Source: Bugula neritina (taxonomy: Eukaryota; Animalia; Bryozoa). From it: DNA of 31,510 nucleotides. Shown here piece after piece: positions 1-11,859 of the stretch. Location of the stretch: assembly GCA_964035545.1 (NCBI GenBank), contig CAXIUT010000167.1, positions 1 to 31,510 of the forward strand, read 5' to 3'. A program made the position numbers and the translations under genes. Below the pieces are notes generated by a model, which was not told where the DNA came from, did no database searches, and saw only the letters and a list, made by a program, of their open reading frames with translations. Every line of letters begins with the position of its first letter. Position 1 is the stretch's first letter.

Positions 1-69
1 CCCAACCCCAACCCCAACCCCAACCCCAACCCCAACCCCAACCCCAACCCCAACCCCAACCCCAACCCC
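1..69 (+). repeat. Left telomere, (CCCCAA)n
   Basis: Perfect C4A2 repeats at the 5' terminus. This is the Tetrahymena-type ciliate telomere in left-end orientation. Confidence 0.98.
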
Positions 70-1462
70 TGTACTATTATTTTAAAATAGAAAATATCCA
101 AGAAATTTAATAGATATTTAAACATTTTAAAACAATGTTTATTATATGCGAGAAGATGGAATAGTAAGAATACTATCAATATCAGCAAATAGATAAGATA
201 TAACTATGAAGAATTAAATAAAAACTAGGTTATAAAAGGTGGCAAAAGGATAGTTTGTTATTCTACCTAAAAGTAAATATCAAAATAAAGTTGGTTTTGG
301 AATGTTTTTATCATAAAAAGAAACTATTTTGTTTGATTTGGATGGAAATAATGTATAATACATCACTAATAAAGAACTTATATAAGGAATTTAAAACGTT
401 GTTGTTCTTGAAAACAACTATATAGCTGTAGCTTTATAAAAAAACGGAGTTAAAATATTTTCAATAGAATAAAATTAATTTAAACTCGAGGCATCTTTCA
501 ATAGTTCTAATATCAATATAAAATCAATGAATATAAGAGATTTATCATATGATTCAACTCGAAAGATTTTATTTGTATTAGACAGTCATTCAGGAGTGAT
601 ACCTCTTCAATTATTGATAAAAAATAAAAAACTTTAGCTTCATTTTACATCCTCAATAATAAAAAACAGACAATGTAATCTTATTCATTACGATTAATAT
701 GCTTAATAGTTATATGTAAATTGTAGATAGTTACATAAATATCAAATATCTCGTTGGCCTTTATTTATTTAAAAAGTATTACCGAAACAAGAAATATCTA
801 TTAGATAAATTGTATCAAGTAGTAGTGTTGTTGGTTTGGTAGGTCGTAATATATTTTAAATAATAGCTTTGGAAAGAAAAGTTGCTGTCTATTCTGATCG
901 ATTGCTTGATAAGTTGATCATTGATTAGAATAATTTTATTAGTGGAAATTAACATTATCTTCTTATTGGAAATTATAGCATTCGAGCTCCTACTTTATCT
1001 TGTTTGCCAATGAAAGAGTCTTAAATTGGTGAGCATGATTTAGTTTTTAAAGTTACAGCTTAGTGTAATACTACCTATCTCAACAAAATATCATTTCATC
1101 CAGGTGCTTTGAATAAATAGGATAAATGTCTTTATAAAGTTCATCAGAAGATAGATATTTGGAAGCCCATTCCTCTCAATATCAAGGTATTTATAATTAT
1201 TCTATCGATAATAGTGTTTGGAGCTTTTATAATACTTATTTGGTGGGGAATATCATCTATTTACCTATTCAAAGTCAAGAATAATTTGCTTAAATACAAC
1301 ACACTTGAAGAAGAGCACCAGCAAACTGTAATAATCCATTCCTAGAATGGAAATAAGCAGACAGATAAGCCTTAGAAAGAGTACTAAAAGTAAGATGATA
1401 AAGTTAGGCACTAACTAAATGAATAAATTGATGTCCCTAGTGATATTCATGTTATCTAGTGA
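70..1462 (+). CDS. Single-pass membrane protein, probably 5'-truncated by the telomere
   Basis: With TAR=Glu the frame is open from the telomere (one apparent indel near 195) to TGA 1460-1462. A hydrophobic segment VFIIILSIIVFGAFIILIWWGI (~1186-1251) precedes a charged tail. The first ATG (~135) is not followed by a signal peptide. Confidence 0.7.
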
Positions 1463-1861
1463 TAATAGAAAATGTAAATTGTATTATTGTTTAGTAAAAA
1501 TTACTGAGCCTGCATTTTAGATTTAGTTTAAATATAGTTTAATATGATAATATTCGAAACAAATATATTTTACTTTTCCTTTTTTCAAACTATAATTTAG
1601 ATTTATGATAAAATTAACCAATTTTAAGACTTTTGATCAGAATTAATTCAGACAATTACCTTGAAATATAATTAATTTTTTAGTTCCATCATTCTTCGAA
1701 TAACTTGGAAATTAAAAACGAATTTGAATTTGATATATTTGTTAAATGAATGAAAATATGTAAAACAAAACACTTTGGGCGCTTTTATTATTATTAGTAG
1801 CTGGTTTTCAAGTATTATCATTTTCGAACATTATAATATTTTTGAAAAAGTAGCAAAATAA

Positions 1862-2394
1862 ATGAATAAAAGTTCCCGAAATACTTAAACAGTTGGAAAA
1901 AAATACTAAAAATACACTAGAGAAGTACTTCATTCACTATTTAGATGAGATTGAAACTTATCAAATTTGTTTTCGATTAGAAAATGTCAACAGCTTAGGC
2001 TGGAAGAATCATAGGCATCAAACAGACCTCGGCCTGTCGTATTATCAACAGCTACAAAAAACATAATCGTATCTTTGAAAGAAAAGCCGACCGCATGAGA
2101 AGATAGACAGCCTCCACAATAGAAAATGTTAGTTAAAATCAGAAGGCCTTCAAAAAAGTCGACTAAAATAAGAATAAAGCCGATGATAAAGATAAACAAC
2201 CAATCTTACCTTTACTTGAACAAAAATAAAAAAGGTATTTTAAAGATAAAAATCAGCTTATGCCTTAACTATCAAATTTCAATATCCCGAATCAATTTTC
2301 GATACTTAATCCTTTTGGTTTCAATATTTACGAACAATGGAGATCAGTTCAATACGGTTCTAATTGGATTTGGCCCTTCCCTTCTCCTCTATGA
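1862..2394 (+). CDS. Small helix-turn-helix protein (Tc1/psq-like HTH)
   Basis: Reads IEMRLKLIKFVFDEKMSTAEAGRIIGIKQTSACRIINSYKK, a typical HTH pattern. Ends at TGA 2392-2394. The start at 1862 requires one indel. Confidence 0.65.
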
Positions 2395-2479
2395 TTCACA
2401 TGACTTTTATTTAACTACTTTACTATCTATCTTAAATAGTTTATAGCTCAATATTTAATTAACCCATAGATTAATTCAA

Positions 2480-2836
2480 AATTATATTTATTAGTGATAT
2501 TATTCATCTTTAACTTGTTACTTTTAATTCTTCCTTATCAAAAAATAGGACTTTTTCTTTGAGTTAAAATAATAAACTCTTATTTTCTGAGCATTCGAAT
2601 TTTTTTTTTTTTACTTGTATGAATATCTTCATTGACTTCTTCATCTCTTCCTTCAAGAAATCACCCTCATCGCCTAAAATAGAATCGTATTATCAAGCCA
2701 TAATCAAAGAAAGAGTTTAGTATGGTATTATTAACAGTTGGAATATTTTAGGATCATCAATGATGATGAAGTTAATATCAAGTGGAAGGTTTTTTAGTTC
2801 AAAGAAGTTATTGAGATGAGAAGATATATGAATCAT
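2480..2836 (-). CDS. Possible small hypothetical protein
   Basis: ATG overlaps the TGA of the upstream gene (ctATGA). Coding-like frames MIHISSHLNNFFELK... and ILGDEGDFLKEEMKK... need an indel to join. Confidence 0.3.
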
Positions 2837-3618
2837 AGTTCTTTTTTTGATTTTTAGTTCCTAAAGAGAAAATTGACGATCTATCTTTTCCTCCAGAAGT
2901 GTTCAGGAAGGGTCTATTTGTATATTTTATTGCTCGTAAGGACACTTATATTGATCTGTTCTCTAAGAAAACTGAAGGCAAGTACTCTGAGAGCTTGTTT
3001 GATATCTTCAAGGGATTGAAGATTGACTCTAGACTTATTAAAGGCTCTTTAGAACTCAGACTTGGAATCAAAGGCTAGAAGACGCTGGAGGTACTTCCTG
3101 TTAATGTATTTTTTGTTGGATTGTCTGATTTTAGTCATAACTCTATAGTATTAATCAACTTTAACTTGATTTCCATGGTAGTACTTTAAAACTGTATTTT
3201 TTGATCTATCTGTACTCAAAAAGGAATATGCTTGATTGGCAATGTTTGATTAAGTATTTTTCTTTTTATATGAGACAGAAGATCCAATAGTGCTTTTTCC
3301 TGCCTTTATTTTATACTACTAGTAGTCTTCTTCCTTTTATTCTTCACTTTGAATCTTTATCGTTTTAAAAGTTTTCTTCTAACATCTTTGTTTCAAATCT
3401 TGATTTTGAGGTTGAATAGAAGAAATAGTTGAAGAATTGACGTTATTTGGCTGAACTAGATTTTCTGTGTTAGGAAGTTCTTTCTTAAACTGAACCTAAA
3501 TCGTGGGATTTAGTGGATAAAAGGTCAGGTTGGGTTGGAAATAGTTTGGATGGATGAACATGAATTGGTTGTAGGTTGGGAAGGTCATCTAATTAGTTTA
3601 GCAAAAGTAGTGTTGCAT
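2833..3618 (-). CDS. Hypothetical protein (261 aa) with low-complexity N-terminus and basic helical C-domain
   Basis: Uninterrupted ORF with TAR=Glu, from MQHYFCETNEMTFP to ...NIANQAYSFL...QALRVLAFSFLREQ...KKEL*. No family assigned. Confidence 0.7.
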
Positions 3619-3744
3619 TCTATGTTTAGAAATAATTATACAAAATCATAAAATCAGTAAGAAAACCGCAAGCCTTTAACTTTTAAGAGTTCTTTTAATG
3701 TTTAAGTTGATTCTCATAGATGACAATGGAATTTCATTTAATTC

Positions 3745-4340
3745 AATATTGTTTATGACGGTTGAGTTTGAGAATAGGCTTTATTTTAAATATAACACTT
3801 TTACCATTGAATATCATTGTTCCTTTCAATATGATTTTATTTTAAACATTATAGTTATCTCTAAATGCTCTTTTACCATCATTATGTGTCCTGCCAACAC
3901 TCGTCTTTCTTTTGATAAAATATATTAATTTTTAAATGCTTTTTCCATCAATTTTGATATTTTTAACTGAAATAATGCTTTTAAATATCTTAATTCTTTT
4001 TAATTCTGACTTGTTAATGTAGTATAGAGGTTTATTTAAAAAGATTTATTTCAGTTTAAAACTTTTTTATCAAGTTTTTTCTTTATTTTCTATCCAAAAA
4101 GAACTACTGAAGCTAATTTAGAAAAACTAAAATTCTTTGAGAGCTGTTGAATATCAAAATAAGTTGATTTAACTCAATCAAACTCTTTAAAAATATCTAG
4201 AAATCTTTAAAAATGTTTTTTTTCCTTTTGAACCAATACCAATGTAAGTTGATTCTAAATGATGATGATATTTGTGAGTTTTTTAACCTTTCTCTCTCAA
4301 ATTTAATAGTACTATTTTAAAAAATATGCTTTTACAAAAA
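3745..4340 (-). CDS. Hypothetical Lys/Ile-rich protein
   Basis: Long open frame KLKEIFLNKPLYYINK...KTSVGRTHNDGKRAFRDNY...RHKQY*. The 5' part is broken by indels and the start is uncertain. Confidence 0.35.
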
Positions 4341-4433
4341 TGTTTTATTTCTTAATCAAACTGTTTTGAATTAAAACTATAAGTATTGAGTAGAAGATAA
4401 AAGTTTGTAGACTATCATTACCATAGAACTGAA

Positions 4434-4870
4434 TCAATTGTTTTTTGAAGATTTTAAATCCTATTTTTACAATTATCTACTTCTTTCTTATCGAAAATGT
4501 ATTGTCTTGTACAATTTCCAAGCAGTTAAGCTTCTCGATGGATACTTTATATATTTAACTCTTTGACTGTCTCTTCAAAACCTTCAATATCATGTTAGAT
4601 TCCAATATCTCCATTGAATTATTTTAAAATTTTCAATTTACTTTTGAGTTCATTGAGATGCTCGATCTTATTCTTGATTTTTTGGTTGTATTTTTTTTGA
4701 GAATTTGATGAAATCGCCCTATTTCTTCTGACATACTGATGGTATGTGAAAGCAAAGACCAAGATAGCAGCGATTATGAATAACAATACTATTCTCTGAT
4801 TCTTTTTATTCCATACTGCATTGGCTATTCTATCGATATTTTTCTTAAGACTCTAAGGGAGGTATTCCAT
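4434..4870 (-). CDS. Small membrane-anchored coiled-coil protein
   Basis: MEYLPESLKK...IVLLFIIAAILVFAFTY (TM segment) followed by a charged helical region. TGA at 4434-4436. Confidence 0.6.
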
Positions 4871-4924
4871 AACTTATTTGATTTGCTATAAATAAAATAT
4901 GTTTAACATTAAATTAAATAAAAA

Positions 4925-7200
4925 ATCAACTTTTAAATAGTATCATAATTTGAGTCTATTTCTGAATATGTAAATAGGTACTTATCGAATGGGTATTTGG
5001 AGGGGTTAGTTGATTTTTTGGTATGTTTTTGAATGATGGAATGAATGATTTTATAGAAAAAGATTTATTCGTGTCTGTTTTATATTTTAGTTTTGCAGAT
5101 ATCGACTCTTACTTGTTCTGATAGCTAAACTATACCACAAAAATTATTGTCTGTTCCGTTGAGAACAAAGAGGAGTCTGTTTTTGTGGTAGCATAGTACG
5201 CTACGAAGAGTATATTTTTAATCATTGATTTTGAAGAGATGAAGTTTCTAAAAAAACTATGAAGGATAATCTAGCTATTAAAGTTTGGTTATTTTGTTAT
5301 TTAATTGATCTTTTTTGAAGATTTATAGGTATGATTTGAATTTGACTGTATGTCCATTAATATCTATTTTTCTACCATTATAAGGCAAAAGATATAAAGA
5401 TGAGATATACTATTCTAGTTATCTGAATATTTTATTATAGGAATAGTCGTAGATAATGTTTAATTCATTTTTGATTCCTTTTTTTAGAATTATTTATTAT
5501 CTGTCGATATCAAAGATGAAGATGGCTGTTGGTGCTGTTATAAGTTAATAGTTTTATGGTATTTTTCGATAGGTATTTTGTTTGATGATGGAGCGATTGA
5601 CTTCTGAGCTGCAATTTCCATCTGAACTGATGGTGTAAGAGCAGATGTTAAAAGGCGAGTTGGAGTAGTAGGTGGTAGTTGAAAAGAAAGCATATAATTT
5701 TGAATTCTAATCTAACTGAGTTATGAAAAGACAAGAACGACCTAACCTCAATGTTCCGAATTTGAGGTTGATTCCATATTATTTCTTTATCTATATTTCT
5801 TCTTAGTATTTTTTATCACTAGTGTATCTCTCACTTTTTACTGTGAATTAGTATAAACAGTTTAGTGCTTCATGCTGGCTAAATCCAAAAGAATTATCCA
5901 TGATGCTGATATAATTGTATTAGATAGTTTTGTTGTCTTTTGGTATTTTTGGTTATTCTTACATTGAATGACTAAACATGTTGAAATTGATGTCGATGTT
6001 GGTCCCTGATAGGTTTAGACTGTTGTCGATGAGGAGTCCTAGTGCTGAGAAGGGATAGTTTATGTAGAGAACTATTTTTGCTATGATTTGAGAAGAAAAA
6101 AAACTTTTTGGTACTGATTAACTCTCATATTTAAGAGACATATTGCTTCTATCGTTAATCGTTAATGTTTTTATTCCATAGAGTTATCTACATAACTAGC
6201 AAACTTTAGCTTAAAAGAACTAGGTGTTGAGTTCAATGTACTCGACTATTTGTGCAGGTTCTTTGTTTCTTGTGAGTCCTCCTACTAAATATATTTTTTA
6301 CATATGAAAAACAGTTTAAAATCCAAAAGCTATTTTTAGGTTAGAAGTATCTACATCGAACCATTCGAGAGTTTAGATGTTGAAGCATTCTGCTCTGTTG
6401 TATAGAAGCATGGTATCTCTAACATTGATGGTTCCTCCTAGAAGCATAATGTATGGACTTTACAAATTGACTAATACTCCTGTGGGTGACCCTCTTGGAG
6501 TTTTCAATCGTTCTTATCCTAGACTTATTTATTCTATTTATAGTTTTTTTGATGCGAAATTGGTGAATCTGAACTAGTAGAGTTTATTTTAGACATCGAT
6601 GTTATCTTCTTCTGGGTTGTAGCTCTATCCACTAAGCATAAAGCCTCTTCCCCCGTTCCAAAAAAGTTGACTGTCTAGAAAAGTAGGAATTTCTGTGTTA
6701 AGTATCAATTCACTCCAAGTCATGGAGTGGCATTCTAAGAGATACCAATTGTTGAAGAATTGTTTTCCGTTGTTGCCTCCTGTAATGATCAGATATTTTT
6801 TGGAAAAGAAGCATGAAGAGTGATATTATCTCGGAGAGGGGACCTTTCCTGTTTGCTATACTTGTAGAAAATCATTTCCTGTAAATTTTATAAGTTTATT
6901 TTGGCAGAGACTGCTTTTTCCTTTACTTGGTGCTGTCCCTCCCCAGATATATACTTCTTTATTGAAAAGAAAAAGTGAAAACCCTTGAAGTTTGAATGGT
7001 TTTATAGTATTAACGAGGTCAAGAGTCATAGTTTAGGTGTCTATTTTGATGATGGAGGAATTGTATTAATGATTAGGTGAGACTCCACCAAAGACAAAGA
7101 TTTGGTTATCAATGGTGATGACCCTATGTCCTATTCTTGCATATTGATCACTTCTGACGGGATAGTAGAGGGTGCGGACTTCGTTTATTTCATTGTTCAT
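4925..7200 (-). CDS. MORC: Kelch-repeat / MORC-family GHKL ATPase-S5 fusion protein with degenerate ATPase motifs
   Basis: N-terminal Kelch repeats (ARIGHRVITIDNQIFVFGG; PSPREYHSSC...LIITGG; MLLGG; YLVGG). These are followed by YPFSALGLLIDNS, ISIMDNSFGFS and KEYGINLKFGTLRLGRSCLFIT, which match the MORC motifs PFSAxAELIDNA, DNGxGM and YGNGFKSGSMRLG. S5-like RLLF...FCGIVEL follows. The 3' end is approximate because of indels. Confidence 0.8.
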
Positions 7201-7259
7201 AGATCAAATGCAATTATCTATTATTGACTTTTATAGTTAAAAAGTGGCAAATTAATCAT

Positions 7260-7337
7260 TTGGGGTTGGGGTTGGGGTTGGGGTTGGGGTTGGGGTTGGG
7301 GTTGGGGTTGGGGTTGGGGTTGGGGTTGGGGTTGGGG
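7260..7337 (+). repeat. Internal telomeric tract (TTGGGG)n, right-end orientation
   Basis: About 78 nt of perfect G4T2, ~60 nt upstream of the MORC ATG, followed directly by coding sequence. Confidence 0.97.
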
Positions 7338-8008
7338 CTGAAGAGGTTACCATCTGTGATTTAATTCCATCTTTTGTTCCAAATTTTGTTTTATTTGTTG
7401 TGAAAGGTGTTGTATTTGACTGTATTGATTAAGATTTAGGTTTACTTAGCCGTAAGTGATTGTATAAAATTCTTTTTAAATAAGCAGTTGAATTTATATT
7501 TGCTAAATGTGATTCTACAGAAGTTGAAATCTATTTGCAGTTGATTATTAAGTTGTACTAAATCAATGAGTGCTTTTAGGTATATTTGAACAATTTATTC
7601 TACAATTTTAATTCCATATCTAAGACTAATATTCATCTATTGGTAGATTTCACTATCTGTTGCTATATTGTTCTTTATTTATTGTTTTTTTGAAATAGGA
7701 GATGCTATTATCTTTTCCAAAGATCCTACTACAGTATATTTTAGCATTGTTTTGCTAAGATCTTTTTCAGATGATTGATAAATTGTTACTATATTGTTGA
7801 TTGTTATATTTCTACCTGTTTTTAGCATCTTTTAAAGAGTAGTATCATACGACTATATTACTTTTTTCAAAATAGGTTCCAGATCGGTTGTTGATTTGGT
7901 TATATTTTGTAGTTACGGGTGAATATGTGGTTTGAAGTAGACTTCTTGGTTGTGTTTTTATCCTACATGTTGTAAGATGTACCAGTTAATGACTTGTCCG
8001 TTAATCAT
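7338..8008 (-). CDS. Hypothetical protein, 3'-truncated at the telomeric tract
   Basis: MINGQVINWYILQH... (at least one indel) to ...GIKSQMVTSSAP, which runs into the telomere repeat with no stop. Confidence 0.6.
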
Positions 8009-8024
8009 ATTCAAATTTAATTAA

Positions 8025-9107
8025 TCATTAATCTTCATACCGGTTCTTTTTCTTCTGGCTCAGGTCTACTTGGTCAGCTTGCTCCATGTTTATCGACTCA
8101 CAGATGTCGATCCTATCGAACATTTATATTGCTATTCCTGAAGGCAGCTTTAGACCTCCGCTTACTCTCATTTTTATGCTTTATGGGGTGTCTTCTAGAT
8201 GGTTAGCTTCTTCAACTGTGGATGTTTTTGATTGGTAAGATCCTGTATTAGGTTGGCTTTTCGTGAATGATTGTCTATTCTATTTATTCAGTGATATTCT
8301 GTTCTATTTGATGAAGGGCTATTTATTTTATTGATTGAGGGTTTATTTGTTTTATTTATTGAAAGAATGTCTATTATTTTTGTTTATTTTATGATTTTGT
8401 AGACTATTATTACTATTTTTCAATTTGATTTCCGAAGTATCGATATTTTGCGACCTGATATTAACATGAGGAGACGAACATTGCGAATATGATTTGACTG
8501 GACTGATCCTTGATAAATTCAAATGCTAGTTTCTACTTATTACTTATTCTATGTATTTGATAATGATATCTAGATGCTTGCTAGGTTGTTTGCATTGTTG
8601 GTTAAAACCCAATTCTAGATCGATATGATATTGATTTTATTTGGTTTGTTTGTAGATGTGGTGATTCTTCAGTTATGAGACGATTACTTATTCTATTTGT
8701 TTGTTGAAGAGGAGTAGATCTTTGATTTGCATGTCGGTTATAATATCGATTAGCAGTTGATATTTTTGGTTATAATTTTTTATGTATTACTGGATTTGGT
8801 CTTGGCACTGTTGGTATTTCTAGTATAGCATTTGATTGTCGTTTTGATAGTGGTTGTTATATTTACTATGATTGGGTTTTATGCTATTGAATCTGTTGTT
8901 CGATTGTTTCATCTATGAGTGGCTGGTTTGTTGGAAAGGGTGGTTGGTGCATTATTGGCAGTGAGGCGGTTGGTTATTGTTGTTGTGATATTTTTGTTTA
9001 TGGTGTTGGCATTTGTTTTTGAGTTTCATGGTTTGTGTGATGTTTTGGAAGGTGAGGGTGGGTGATGGTAGGTTGGTTGTTTGGAATGAGAGATCGGGGT
9101 TGATCAT
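8025..9107 (-). CDS. Hypothetical low-complexity (P/Q/N-rich) protein
   Basis: MINPDLSFQTTNLPSPHPH... to ...KKKNRYEDE* (TGA 8025-8027). There is an apparent indel near 8520. Confidence 0.6.
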
Positions 9108-9182
9108 ATAATTCGTTAATAAAGACTAACTGTATTATTAATATTTGAGATTGATTTGAATTTGATGATTATTATAATATGA

Positions 9183-10133
9183 ATGGGAAATAATACAAAT
9201 AAATAAAAATAACAAGAAATACCACAAAAAGGATGTAGAATCATACAAATACTTAATCCTTAACTATAAAATAAACTACAGCCTTTTACTGATTACATTA
9301 TCTAACCATCAGCGCAACAACTTAAAACATCCATTGGATAAATATAAGCTATCATCTTTTCTACCTTAGATTATACTATTAGAAAATAGTATTTACCTGT
9401 TTCTTAAAACCATTTGGGGGCTAAAATAAAACCTACCACCATCAATGATTGTGCACTTAAAATTACTAAGGTTTTTCCTAATTCTCCATCTTAAAGGCTA
9501 GGTATTCATCCGGAAGAGTATATAGTGGGATTGGTTTAGGCAGAATTTAGTAATCTTACCACTTTTGCTCAAGCTATCCATCAAATTATTGGACATAAAA
9601 AATAAATTACCAAAGTCTTTACTCTTGCTATTTGTAGCAATCAAGGCAGAACTCGTCTAGTACCTGTTTCGACTATGATGCTTAACTAGTGGAAATCTAA
9701 TGGACAGGGAATATTGGGATGTGAGTTGGCATAAGGATGGATGCATCGCTTCAAGGGAAAACTCAAAAGAATTGTGGATCGGAGTGAGGTGGTCTTAAAA
9801 GAACAAGAATAGAAGCAATAAATATAAGAGAAAGGGAAGATAGCTATACAGTAATTATAGTTGAAGTAAGGAGATGAAGGGTCTGAGGAGTGGTAGTAGA
9901 TATAGCGTAAAGTGGGAGGCCAGATGGTAGGTTAATCTCTTGAGGTGGTTTTTAAAGGATTATTAAAGAACGAGTATCTGGAAGATGCTTCTTCTATTTG
10001 TCGATGCAAGATTTATGATAAGAGTTGTGAGAGATGTTGGGTCTAAAGGGAAGGGGTTTTTAATTTTTTTAATAAGAAGATTAACAGAATTGTTACTATT
10101 CCTTCAGCTCTTTTATTGAAATTTCCAGAATGA
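9183..10133 (+). CDS. GRASP: GRASP55/65 (Golgi reassembly stacking protein) homologue
   Basis: MGN myristoylation-type start, then GCRI...QPFTDYI, LKITKVFPNSPSERLGIHPEEYIVG and W..NGQGILGCELAEGWMHR, which are the GRASP tandem-PDZ signatures. TGA 10131-10133. A few indels near the 5' end. Confidence 0.85.
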
Positions 10134-10171
10134 TTTTTAATGTAAATTCTTATTTATAATTAATACTTTTA

Positions 10172-11819
<1,648 letters not shown>

Positions 11820-11859
11820 AGATATGATTAAGTTTGATTTAAATTTAAATTATTTGAAT

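Noticed and set aside
1862-2394. Tc1/mariner transposon
   Set aside because: No catalytic DDE domain, terminal inverted repeats or target-site duplication seen.
7205-7260. Conserved chromosome-breakage or subtelomeric motif (ATTATCTATT also near 31408)
   Set aside because: It is low-complexity AT sequence at different distances from the telomere and is absent from the other two ends.
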